Part shown: positions 11,664 to 23,809 of the stretch, piece after piece
Layout: each line of letters begins with the position of its first letter
How positions within the stretch are numbered: position 1 is the first letter of the stretch
Assembly: GCF_001194135.2 (NCBI RefSeq)
Contig: NC_068997.1
Location: 797,495 to 843,319 of the forward strand
Source of the DNA: Octopus bimaculoides
Lineage: Eukaryota
Direction: 5' to 3'
Length of the DNA: 45,825 nucleotides
Notes under the pieces: model-generated
Databases searched by the model: none
Told to the model about the DNA's origin: nothing
What the model saw: the letters and a program-made list of their open reading frames with translations, nothing else
Program-made: the position numbers and the translations under genes

Positions 11664-13283
11664 CAGGTCTATTCCTCATTTTTTAGGAGAGAGTAGCCAC
11701 AATAAGACACACACCAGGCAATTCCATTCATTTCCAAGCTCAAAGAGGCGAGTCCCGTTCTATGCTCAGGTCAAGGCATATAACGCAACCCCCAATATCA
11801 GCAGCGGGGGGTGACAGCATATGCTGGTTTACTCCTGCCGCATCATGCTGATCCCGTACCCCTTTGAGCAACATCAAATCCACTTATCCGTCCACAAACA
11901 CTTTCCAAGCTTTCCTATCATTTATAAACTCTTTTGCCTCTGGTTCTGCTGCCTACCACTTCTGCCTTCATCACCTTCCTTACCATTCAAAATTTTACAG
12001 CTCTAATTTAGTCTTTGAACTTTTCAGCCTACCCTCGTAAATGTTAGTATATGCATTCCTTACAAGTGTTTTATTTTATTTCAACACCTGAAACTTAAGA
12101 TGAATGCATATGCATTCTGACCTGAACTGTCTGCCTAAATTATGTTATATATCATGTGTGTCCAAGGTTAACTTGAACTAATGGTAGAATTGTTATCTGT
12201 TACTTCTATGCGTATTATTTTATCGGTGTTTCATTTTTCATATCAATAACATTATTACTTTTGATACTAACAGTAAAATCATCTACCAACTAATATATTG
12301 TATTTCATATCTTTATGACCTCAGTATACTTTTGCATTACCTATATATTTCATAAGTAGGTAGCGCAATTCAGTCAATATAGTTTTGCTAAATGCTTGGA
12401 AAGCTGTCTTCGTATCGATTAAGTTTTGCATAGGTTGAGTCACCTGTTATGGTTATATGAGTTATGTAACTACATATATGCGTTGCTTAATTGTTTATAA
12501 ATATCTTTATATACTGGGCTATTTAAATACATCATACTTTATGTGTCTCGTTGAAAGTATGTAGTCAGTTATATTGTCTACGTATGTGTATCCGTAGATT
12601 TACTTGTCTGTGTGCGTGATTATGAATGTGTATATCAGTATAGATGTGTCGCAGCATTTATGTATAGTTTTGCCTATACGTGTGCATTACTGTTGCTATA
12701 TATGTCTTCGTATGTATGACTGTTTGAAAGTGTAAATTCTAAATCTGACTATCACTATATATATTAAGGCTTGATAACCACTCCTTAAATGATGCCTTAT
12801 GAACTACTTTAATTACTGGGCAATGATCCTAATAATCTTGAATTTACTACTAATGTGATTTTAATGTTTCTAATTTATTCATAATTTGATACCTCCAAAC
12901 TGGACCTATCTTTTCATTTCAATCTGACCTTTCTATATATTGCCATTTCAAGCTGACCTATCTATATATTTATTATTAGTCGTCAGCTTGAGAGTTATTT
13001 CATTGTTCTTTTAATTTATTTATTTATAATTTATATTTCATGTCTTATATTGGCTATTTAATTCCGTGCATTTATTTTATCCATTGTTTTGTTTTATTTT
13101 AATGTTTGATTTTATTTTTGATTGAAACTGACTCTTGGTTACATAATGGCGATATTTAAGACCTGTAATTATATTTCGATAAATTTATCTGATGAGATGA
13201 TTTTATCAAAATAAAGTTATTGAAAGGACTGTAATGAAAAATTCGAAATATCAATAGTTTGTTTACATATATACTTTTATTTT

Positions 13284-13568
13284 TTTACTTGCTTCAGTCA
13301 TTTAAGCACCGCCTTTAGTCGAGCAAATCGACCCAAGGACTTATTCTATCGGTGTCTTTTGCTGAACCGCTACGTTACAAGGACATAAATACACCAGCAT
13401 ATATATACAGGACGGGCTACTTTCAGTTTCCGTCTACCAAATCCACTCACAAGGCTTTGGTCGGCCCAAGACTATAGTAAAAGACGCTTGCCCAACGTGC
13501 CACACAGTGGGACTGAACTCGGAACCATATGGTTGGTAAGCAAGCTACTTACCACAGAGCCACTCCTG
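13284..13568 (-). mobile_element. SINE family B, internally deleted copy
   Basis: Minus-strand head CAGGAGTGGCTCTGTGGTAAGTAGCTTGCTTACCAACC, with body and tail homologous to 13961-14690. Confidence 0.9.
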
Positions 13569-13622
13569 TATATACATATACATATGTATGTATATGAGAG
13601 AGAGAGGCAGACAGACAGACAA

Positions 13623-13623
<1 letters not shown>

Positions 13624-13692
<69 letters not shown>
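13624..13692. repeat. (GATA)n microsatellite
   Basis: Seen directly. Confidence 0.97.
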
Positions 13693-13960
13693 GTCAGTGG
13701 ACAAATGAAAGAAAGTGATGTTCAACACATTCGGTAGGTGTTACATATACTATTAATTAAAAAAACAGTTTGTTTTGGCGTCATGAAACGTAATTTTGCA
13801 GGCTCGACACACGATCCTAGCTTATCTGACTCAGGTGATCAACGTGCCTGACGAGCTAGGTTCTATGCTAAGCCTACAAAACTTTATGCTGCATGGGGCT
13901 GAGTTAAACTGTACTTCTTTGTTTGTTTGTTTTGTTTTAGATAATATATAAACATATATA

Positions 13961-14124
13961 AGGCAGGAGTGGCTGTGTGGTAAGTAGCTTGCTTACCAAC
14001 CACATGGTTCCGGGTTCAGTCTCAGTGCGTGGCATCTTGGGCAAATGTCTTCTACTATAGCCTCGGGCCGACCAAAGCCTTGTGAGTGGATTTGGTAGAC
14101 GGAAACTGAAAGAAGCCCGTCGTA

Positions 14125-14191
<67 letters not shown>

Positions 14192-14690
14192 NNNNNNNNN
14201 NNNNNNNNNNNNNNNNNNNNNNNNNNNNNNNNNNNNNNNNNNNNNNNNNNNNNNNNNNNNNNNNNNNNNNNNNNNNNNNNNNNNNNNNNNNNNNNNNNNN
14301 NNNNNNNNNNNNNNNNNNNNNNNNNNNNNNNNNNNNNNNNNNNNNNNNNNNNNNNNNNNNNNNNNNNNNNNNNNNNNNNNNNNNNNNNNNNNNNNNNNNN
14401 NNNNNNNNNNNNNNNNNNNNNNNNNNNNNNNNNNNNNNNNNNNNNNNNNNNNNNNNNNNNNNNNNNNNNNNNNNNNNNNNNNNNTGTGTGTGTGTGTGTG
14501 TGTCTAGCATTGCTTGACAAACGATGCTAGTGTGTTTACGTCCCCGCCACTTAGCGGTACGGCAAAAGAGACTGATAGAATAAGTACTAGGCTTACAAAG
14601 AATAAGTCCCGGGGTCGATTTGCTCGACTAAAGGCGGTGCTCCAGCATGGCAGCAGTCAAATGACTGAAACAAGTAAAAGAGTAAAAAAA
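13961..14690 (+). mobile_element. SINE family B, full-length, with the internal (TA)/(TG) microsatellite expanded into an assembly gap
   Basis: Box A TGGCTGTGTGG, box B-like GGGTTCAGTC and TCTTGGGCAAATGTC. The 3' half resumes at 14504 and ends GACTGAAACAAGTAAAAGAGTAAAAAAA. Confidence 0.92.
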
Positions 14691-15064
14691 GTATATACGT
14701 TTGTGTCTCAAGTTTTTATTTATATTTATATCGTTCTTCACTTTTGTTGTTGATTAGCTCTAAGCAAGCATTAAATGTACAGGAAGCTGAAGGATGGCAT
14801 TACTGCTAGAACGACCTATCATATTTTAGACACTGTAACAAAAACTAGGTTCGTCGATACTTCTTTTTTTAAGACAGAGGCGTATTATTTGATAACGATT
14901 TGGCTGTAATTTTTAGACGATTGAGTTTCCACATCGAGATTCGCGAGCCATCTTGTGAAAAACCTTTTCCCTGTCTCTACTCAGTTTAGACCAGCCAAGT
15001 TAATAGTTAATTAAGAGAATGTAATTTTTATTTATTAATTTGTTTCTAGTTTCTAAAACTTCTA

Positions 15065-15438
15065 AAATGAATGTGCGTGTGGGCGCGCGCTGTGCGTGTA
15101 TGCGTTTGTGTGTGTGCGTGTTTTGTGTGTGTGTGTTTTGTGTGTTTGTGTTTTGTGTGTGTGTTTTGTGTGTGTGTATGTGTATGTGTGAGCGCATGCG
15201 TGTGCTATGTGTGTGTGCGCTCTGTGTGTATGTGTGTGTTTTTGTGTGTGTGTTTTGTGTATGTGTGTTTGTGTTATGTATGTGCGTGTTTTGTGTGTGT
15301 TTGTGTTTTTTGTGCGTGTTGTGTGTGTGTGTGTTTTGTGTGTATGTGTGTGTGTGTGTGTGTTTTGTGTGTGTGTGTCTTGTGTGTATGTGTGTGTGTG
15401 TGTGATTTGTGTGTGTGTGTGTGTGTGGGTGTGTGTGT
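15065..15438. repeat. Degenerate compound (TG)n/(TGTTT) microsatellite, ~370 bp
   Basis: Seen directly; this is the source of the CVCV/HTHT ORFs. Confidence 0.95.
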
Positions 15439-16576
15439 GAAGACATACTTTTCAGCACTTTTTAGCGACCGACTACTTGTTTAAATCATTGTCTTCATTG
15501 TTGCTTGACGTGTTTGGTCTTAAATAGGCAGAAAAAGAAATTTATGGTCGAGCGGAAAGACAGTCTAGTTTAATTGTCTGCACACAAGTTTAGATGTTAT
15601 GAAAAGATCCAGTCCTACAGTTGGTAATATCCCAGACATCTTAGCAATAAAAACAACAATCACCACAACTACAACCACAACAGAAGCAAAAATAACAATA
15701 ATAAATCTGAAAGTAATTAAGATCTCTCACACAGTGAGTTTATTTCCTTGACTTGGTTTCCCTAACTGCTTTGGCGTCAATTGTTTTCTCAGGAATTATG
15801 TAATAAACATTCGTTGTTACGTTTATTTATTTTTCTCGGCGAGAAGATGTGTATTCCTCTCAACCGCAAAATTGGGTTTGTTGTTGTATAGCTCTATATA
15901 ATCTCTGATCGAGCTGACCTATGAACAAAACCACTCCATCCATGACCATATTTCAGACATGTTGCTCAGCACATTTTCCATTGCGTTTCTTTTTTTTTTC
16001 TCTTCTCAAGACAGTAGAGATTTGGTAGATGTTTTTCCAAGCAATACAACTGCACATAAGATTGCTTGTTTGCATTTAAAATTTGCGGTCGTCTTCAGCG
16101 ATATTAATTGGAGCAATTAAAATTTGTAATGTTCATATTTTCTTTTGAAATGTTTTCTTGTTGAAAGACGGTCCTACATTTATAGAAATGATGAAAAGGA
16201 GCTTGTTGTCTTCAAGTATTAATAAAGATATCAGTGAAACACTTCTCACTAGGAATCGAGACTAAAACACGAATGTATTCCCCATAATTCAGTGGTTATT
16301 TGATCTGCTAGAAATGACAGTCAAATCTTCTTCAAATTATACCCTGTCGTGAAGTTAAATAATATAATCCTAGATACACAATACTCGAAAAATGCGGGGT
16401 GGACACGGAAAGAATGCTATTAAAAATAAGGTATGCTCTATGAGTAAAAGAATTTTAAATAGAACATTTTTTGTCAACAATCGAAGCTGTAACTAAACGT
16501 TTGACAGAAACCGGTAGCTAAATGTGTCAAGTTAAAAGAGAAGATTTACTATTCTACAATGAAAAGTACTCTTTAG

Positions 16577-16615
16577 AGTTGAACATCAACCGTTATATCA
16601 ATATCATCAACCTCA
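16577..16615 (+). CDS. Candidate 39-nt phase-2/phase-2 micro-exon (VEHQPLYQYHQP)
   Basis: TACTCTTTAG acceptor and CA|GTAAGC donor. Length is a multiple of 3, third positions are A/T-rich, and it splices in frame to the 19929 exon. No transcript or homology evidence. Confidence 0.3.
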
Positions 16616-17672
16616 GTAAGCCAGGAAATGACGTCAGCAATAATTTTTTCGCCTGGCTAACATTGAAAAAAAATCCAGATTTATAGACGAAGTGAAACGA
16701 ATTTCTGAGAAATCCATACCTTTCTCAATAATATTACAGTTATCTTAGTTGAACTGAAATGCTTACATTTGGAAATCAAAGCAATGTCGCGGAAATGGTT
16801 CTTCCGGAAGTTTATCTTTAGTGTACAACTTAATCTTTAGTGTTATGAAAGCTAACACCGTGACTTGAACTTCTAAGTTTAAAGTTATTTAAATGAGTTT
16901 TCTAAAACTCACTTAATTTCCAAAGAATTTATTTGCACCCCACCGCCGTCTTATGTCAGGCATCTACAATCGTTCTAAAACTAATGTGGCTATTGTCAGT
17001 GATCAATTACAATTTCTTATTTGAAAGACATTTAATTAATAAAACGTTAAAAGTGTGCATCATTAAACCGGAAATAATTTTCAATCACTTATATTAGGGA
17101 AGTTGTTTAGATAAACTCACTGATGCAAATAATAATGAACTTTATTTAAAACCAACCTCTCTCTCCCTCTCCTTTTCAGTTACACTCTTGTCAAGCTGTA
17201 TATCATTACGACGATTTAATACGATAAAACAGAAACAACAAAAACGCTTCACTATGCAACACATTTTCCGAAATGAAATCCGCACTACTACTTATTCATA
17301 TCACGACTACGTCACTTATCACCGCTGCAGATATGCCAACACTCACCATTATCACTACCATCACTATTATTGAAGTGACGAAGAAATTTCTACGAGGCTG
17401 CTTGATATAAGTAGCAGTCAAAATCTTCCTGAAATCAGGTCGTGTCGAGGCGAAAGGAAGACAAACTGAATAATATCATTCAAGGTACACTATGTCTCCA
17501 TAAATGTTGGAATGGGTGACGACTAGGATGTCATTGATTATACGTACGCTCAAAGAGTGGTAAACTGGCACAACACTACAAAGACATCTTCCCAATACTC
17601 CAATAAAAATAAAATTGAAAAACGACCATCGTCAAAGTCGTCACAATAATCTATAATAATCATGGCTGGTAC

Positions 17673-17832
17673 AAGGCGGCGAACTGTCAGAATCAGCACG
17701 CCGGACAATATGCTTGGCGGCGTTTATTCCGTCTTTACGTTCTGAGTTCAAATTCCGCAGAGGGCGATTTTGCCTTGAATCGACTTACCCGCTCCCCCGA
17801 ACTTGCTGGCCCTGTGCCAAAATTTGAAACCA
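17673..17832 (+). mobile_element. SINE family C, internally deleted
   Basis: AAGGCGGCGAACTG head, TTTACGTTCTGAGTTCAAATTCCG box B and TGTGCCAAAATTTGAAACC 3' end. Confidence 0.88.
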
Positions 17833-19328
17833 TTATTCATGGCTTGCAAACAAAATGATACCATCACTCTCTTTCATTTCCCCCACCATCAAATGAAGAG
17901 CCAAGACTCGAAGCTTTAGATTATTCGCTCTTCAAAGCAAAACTGAGCCTATCAAACTCATCAATGAATCCTTTTATGATTCAACAATTGATGACGCGGG
18001 CATTCACCAGTTTATCAGGATTCCAGGTTTTACTGCACCGCAGTTTATAAACAACTCCACTTCAAGCAAAAGAACGACCAATTTTATGACCGTTATCGAC
18101 ATTACCTTCACTACAAATATACTGAAACTATTGCAAATAACTACAAAGCGTCATCACCACAACCTTTTTCCAGCACCGTCGGTTTATAGTGGATACGTTT
18201 TGTTAGAAATTTAGAACAGCGATTTCAGCCTGACGTCCGCGAACCCTAGGAATGCTATGTAAAATGTACAACGTCTCAGTTACCATGTAATTATTCAATT
18301 ATATATAATTTTTCATTTGTGAGAAGAAACTAGGAAAACAAGTTTGTTGTGGAGTTGATAAAATACATTTATTGAGTTGACAGACCTTTCTAAAGTTTAG
18401 GTTGTATATCTAAATAAAAGGCATTCTTGGTAGAGAACCGGTTGAGTACCAAAGCTTGTCGCTAATGTCTAAATATTAAGTTATATCCCAGCATTATTTA
18501 TTCATACATTACATATATATTTCATGTATATTTATATATATTTGTATGTATGTATGAATGTATCTGTGTGTGTGCGTATGTGTGTGTTTAAAGCGAACAG
18601 GCAATGAGACACTAGAGCGCTTTGTTGTATTTGTTTTGTCTCTCTGCAGTCCGAATTCAAATACATATATCTTTAATAACTAATAAAACAAACAGTCAAA
18701 AGCACAAGTATTTTAATTAATCTACCCACCGCGGAAATAGACAGCTTTTCTGAGTATTGCATGTTTTCCGTTGGGGAAAGAAATCAGATACGTCTTCTCT
18801 GAGGAATGATCAACAATCTGCGAATCAGATCAGTCTGGAATTTTCCCTTTCTGCTGCATAGAAAGACTGAGTTTACATCTTTATAATTGCTTATCACAAC
18901 TAAGGCTTTTAAATATGTAAATATATTTCAGTTCTTGTGATTTATGCTGAGTTGTTCATAAAATGTACATTGTTCAATCAATGACAAGCCATCAAAAGAA
19001 AAAAATATTTAACTGAAGCTATCCATTATATATTTGTTACTTAGCTATATATAGCATGCGAAAAATCTATGCTTTCGGGCGGGGAAAGAAATCTAGTGTT
19101 TCCTCTAGTAACCAGTCAACACACTGCGAAACTGGCCCATCAGGAGTCTCAACCCCATATTTTTCAGCACATCCATAGTACAAAACAATTACGTATATAT
19201 ATATATATACACACACACACACAAACAGAACGGTTCATAGAAAGATTTTCTAAAAGATTTGTTTCATTTCAGACAAATATTCAGAACTATTTTTTATCAA
19301 ATAAGATTATTTACGTTTCAATGCAAGA

Positions 19329-19329
<1 letters not shown>

Positions 19330-19407
<78 letters not shown>

Positions 19408-19430
19408 CATGCATGTGTGTGTAAATGTGT
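19330..19430. repeat. (TG)n/(TGCG) microsatellite
   Basis: Seen directly. Confidence 0.95.
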
Positions 19431-19928
19431 GGAGGCAGTGCTTAAGAATATGTGTGTTTGCGCGTATGTCTGTGTAATGTGTGTCCTTTTTCTATAAATA
19501 TGCTTGTATATATGTGTACTGACGCATTCATGGCCCAGTAGACAAGAAATTCTCTTGTCAAACAGTATCAGATTGGGTCTGAGGATTATTTTAAGCTTGT
19601 CTGTGAAACATTCAAGAATTTACATTAGAATTCAACGTGTTGGTAGTTCCATTGATCGAAAAACTGCAATACTCTTCGTCGAAACAGACAAAGAGCCATT
19701 TACTTTAAATTTCACGAACGTTTGTGTATATATTGCATGTGTTTGGAGAAAGGGATTTATGTATGCATAATTGTGTTTGATTGTGTGTATATATGTGAAA
19801 CTATCTATTTGTATGTATGTATGTATGTATGTATGTATGTATGTATGTATGTATGTGTGTGTATGTATGTATACATACACGTATTATCTATTTATTAGTA
19901 TAAATATTATTATTTTTTTGTTTTTCAG

Positions 19929-20067
19929 AGCTCTCAGCTATGGTGGAGCAGGAAATCCTTATTCTCTTACGTCAAGTTATCCAACATTTTGTGGTGGATG
20001 TTATTACAAACCATCAGCAGCAATTGAACCAGCACCCACATTCCCTCCACCGTTTCGACTTGTTTAG
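19929..20067 (+). CDS. Probable terminal coding exon of an unidentified gene: (x)ALSYGGAGNPYSLTSSYPTFCGGCYYKPSAAIEPAPTFPPPFRLV*
   Basis: Strong acceptor (TTTTTTTGTTTTTCAG) and unique, non-repetitive sequence. Only 7 of 45 codons end in G/C, while positions 1-2 are comparatively GC-rich, which is the expected coding bias in an AT-rich genome. The protein family is not recognised. Confidence 0.5.
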
Positions 20068-20296
20068 GATGTTAGTCGACGACGAAGAGTGACGAAAAGT
20101 GAAAGACAATGTCGTGTCATTACAAGACGATAAGAAGAAATATTTCCACGTCAGTGAAGCGGAATAGATGGTTTAATGGAATGATGAAGTTTCGAAACTT
20201 GGTACAACGAAATTAGAAGCGGAACGTCAAACAGAAATGAAGGGATCTGAAACTTTGACTTAATTTGCTACCAGATCAGATTAACAAAAATTACTA

Positions 20297-20297
20297 C

Positions 20298-20356
<59 letters not shown>

Positions 20357-20363
20357 CAACAGC

Positions 20364-20426
<63 letters not shown>

Positions 20427-20465
20427 AATAATAATAATAATAGTAATAATAATAATAATAATAAT
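20297..20465. repeat. Compound (AAT)n-(AAC)n-(AAT)n microsatellite
   Basis: Seen directly. Confidence 0.97.
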
Positions 20466-20639
20466 GCAATTATTAATGTTGTTCAGTACCTTGCTACTTG
20501 TCCTTGTTGATTCTTGTTGTACGCATACTGATAAATTGATTATCTCTGCAGCAACAAAGTTCTCATAAGAAATTGGATTACATTTCAAACAGCTAAACCT
20601 GAAACAGCAGTAAAGGCGGAACTACTGACGTCACATAAG

Positions 20640-20853
20640 TCAGATTTGACTTGCTAGTAACAGTAGATAAATCTCTCTCAAATCATACCTAACCGTCTTA
20701 AAAGTTGAAGAGCAGTCATGTGGTCCTGGAAATCAATAAGATTATGTGGTTCTGGAAATCAATAAGGCACAACAGGTGCAGCGGGGTTGCCTTTGATCAT
20801 AGGTCTGGGTCTGCAGGGTCAGAGCTGGCCTGTGATTAAACAACAATAACCAT
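20640..20853 (+). mobile_element. Unclassified interspersed repeat (related fragments at ~15878-15960 minus, ~16290-16420 and ~17395-17450), with a 26 bp tandem duplication at 20718-20766
   Basis: Motifs TGCTAG(T/A)AA...AAATCT(C/T)T...AAAT and GATCATAGGTC...AAACAACAA recur at several positions in the window. Confidence 0.4.
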
Positions 20854-21129
20854 AAAGGTGTTTCTTTACACAAATCTTGGGCAACCTCCTACCCACGTGA
20901 CCCAGATGGTAGTCTAACGAAATAATTTTAATTTTTTTTTTTAGTAGTGCAACCTGCTTGATGAAGAGTCATACTTCATGCGGCCCGCTTCTCGAAAAAG
21001 ATTGTCCATGCCTGCTATACATGGTCAATACCTCCACTAAATGAATCTCTCACATAAACAAACTAACAGACTGGTTTAGTTTAACAAATCTTGTTCGAAT
21101 ACGACATTAGAAGCATCAACATTCCTGAT

Positions 21130-21742
21130 TGAGGAACAGGCAATTGTCATGTGAGGAATAACTACAATTCCTGCAATATGTATGGAAAGTGTCGCCTCTG
21201 TGCAGCATTTTCTGGGACAATACACTGTATTTTATCAGGGTGTTCCATAGTAAATCCGACAAAATATACTTGAAGACACAATAACATACCAAACTTAGCA
21301 TATATTTGCTTGACCATCCAATTTCATTTCTGAGAAAAAGCTCTCTGGTATTCATATGAAGTTTCACATGTCTTTAAAAATGATGATGTGATAACACAAG
21401 GCAAGCTTAACCTAAAGAGAGACCGTCATGCAACCCATAATATAATGAACATCGTTTTCTTTGGAAAAATGAGAACAGTGAACTAACTATGGACATAGCA
21501 ATACCAAAGGACAGCAATGTTGGGTCGGAAAGAGTTGAGAAGCTGAGAAATGACACTGTCTAATCTGCTGAATTTAAAGTATGGTGTTTGGATGATGTGT
21601 CTATTATTCCATCTGGAATTGTTGTAATCGGACGGATACACAATATTTTCTCTAAGTACATCGTATATTGGGACAGGCATTAGAATATTCCAGAAAGTGA
21701 TGATGCTAAGAGCTGTAAATGTTGGTAGGAACTTCTCAAACA
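21130..21742 (+). mobile_element. Degenerate REL-endonuclease LINE (R4/Dong-like): CCHC knuckle and endonuclease region
   Basis: KCRLCAAFSGTIHCILSGCSIVNPTKYT*RHNN (from 21187), MDIAIPKDSNVGSERVEKL and FQKVMMLRAVNVGRNF parallel the CRxC-TxxHIxSGC-RHN, DVxIPxD-EKxxKY and QKxxLLGTxxILR motifs. Confidence 0.8.
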
Positions 21743-21835
21743 ATGTTTTTTAACACTTAACATTTTTGTCACTGTTTACCAAGATGTACCTTGATTATTT
21801 TAGCAGATAGGAAAATCTTGATGCATTTCCTAAAC

Positions 21836-21836
21836 C

Positions 21837-21887
<51 letters not shown>
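21836..21887. repeat. (AAT)n microsatellite
   Basis: Seen directly. Confidence 0.97.
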
Positions 21888-22090
21888 CCCTAAAGACTTG
21901 AATAGACGGATAGAGGAAATAGGCATAAAACCTAATTTAGTACTGTGTAGTTCCAGAAAACAGTATTATTAGGGACAGCTAGGATACTTAGGAAGGTACT
22001 TGGCATCTAAGATTACTTGCTCCGATATTAGGAATCTTTTTTCCAACAGTCTAATCTGTTGTGCATATATGAAATGATAATAATAACATT
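21888..22090 (+). mobile_element. 3' end of a second Dong/R4-like LINE (ORF end, short 3' UTR, AAT tail)
   Basis: FQKTVLLGTARILRKVLGI* with TAA at 22008-22010, followed by a UTR and (AAT)n. Confidence 0.8.
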
Positions 22091-23344
22091 AATATTAATA
22101 AATCGATCCCAGTAAGTGCAACTGACATATGATTATTACACACAAAATATTGCTTGAATAATACACAATACGAACGAATATAAAGAACAAATGAACTCTC
22201 GAGACAATAAATAACTAAACCATATCCATTAATAAATCAAACAGCATGAAAAGCACGACCGGTTCGTCAGAATGAATAAGGAATTTCGTAACATGAGTTT
22301 AGTGCGAGCTCGATATGGAAATATGTAGTGATTCGGAAACAGTGTCTTCTCAAAGGATTAACTCCGAAAAGGTTAACTACGAGCGTGGAAAATTCGAAAA
22401 AGGGGGAAAACAATTAGAAGGGAGCATTCAGCCAATGAACACTACATCGAAGTGTTAAATATCTGCTGTACATCACTATTATATCCAATACATACAAGCA
22501 CTGTAAATAAAAGTATGAGTTGTGGACAATAAAAACTGAAGAAGCGAGGAAAATTATAAATGCGTAAACACTTGAGAATGTACGGAGATTTTTAATAAAA
22601 AAATAAGATCCCCAAAATTGTGTTGTACATACTCTACACAACAAACAGATGAAACACTTAAAACAAATGTCATAACTAAGCCAATTTGACGTGGTACACA
22701 CACGTAATTCTAAATGGTCAAAACACAATGCTGCACATACATCTCAGGAACACGGAAGTGCAGCTGATAGTGCAGCAGAAACTCACATAAAACTACTGGA
22801 ATCAAAACAAAAACAACAGCAACGTCAACAACAGCAACAACAGCAACAACAACAACAACAACAACAGCAACAACAACAACAGCAACAGCAACAATAATAA
22901 TAATAATACTTCTGCGACGTAATTTCATCTCGCATAATATTGCATATTCAGGATGAAAAAAGAAGTAAAACTCGAACGATTCATCCATCTTTGTAATAAC
23001 TAATAACAGACGTCAGAGGATCGAGACTGCTTTCCTTTTCATTCCCTGCTTTCTATTCCTCTCCCTCTGCCCCTCCTCCTTCTTTTCTGTCTGTCTGTCT
23101 CTCTCACCCACTCCCACACACCCTGCTCCCCGCTATGTCTTCAACTTCTTTTAGACGTCAGTTGATCGTTGACTCATTCTATTCACTATATTACATACAT
23201 GCACGCAGATTCGTAGATGCATACATATATGTGTGTGTGTGCATACACACACGCTTGCACACACACACACACACACACGCACACTCATATGTAAGGATTA
23301 AATATAATAAATCTCTTTCTACCTCACAACAAATATATATAAAG

Positions 23345-23590
23345 TTATGAAGAAACCTCCGTTGTTCAGAAACTGCGCGAGACAATCATTGAGCGCAGGA
23401 GACGACATCAGTGTTGTGAAGGTGCTGGATTGAAGACCTACACTGCATCTCACCAACTAGAACTCATTGGTCAAGGTAGACTAGAGCAAAACGTCGAGGT
23501 GGTTACGGCCGTAAAGCCTTTGTTCATAAGTCAGTTTGGTCATGCTAGAGCCAGGGACGAAGGCTACCACCACCACTACTACAACTCAGA
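23345..23590 (+). mobile_element. Possible degenerate RTE-like LINE 3' end
   Basis: DDISVVKVLD*R and VEVVTA loosely resemble RTE C-termini, and the segment ends in a (CAC)/(TAC) tail. Weak resemblance only. Confidence 0.3.
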
Positions 23591-23659
23591 ACTGTATTGT
23601 GCTGTATTGATTTCTATTGACATTAGTATACTATATCAAATCTGTACACATGTTATTTT

Positions 23660-23764
23660 GTTGTGTGTGTTTGTATGAATATAAATGTATGTGTAAATGC
23701 ATATATTTACATATACGTTTTACGTTTTATTTGTGTGTATATGTGTAGCTATATGTATATGTAC

Positions 23765-23809
<45 letters not shown>

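Noticed and set aside
13189-13250. CTGATGAG...GAAA as another hammerhead
   Set aside because: The position after the putative helix II reads CAAAA rather than CGAAA, and no convincing helix I/III or cleavage triplet is present.
17273-17410. Signal-peptide-like ORF MKSALLLIHITTTSLITAADMP...
   Set aside because: It is only 45 codons, is built partly from a decayed ACT/ATC microsatellite, and has no convincing downstream donor.
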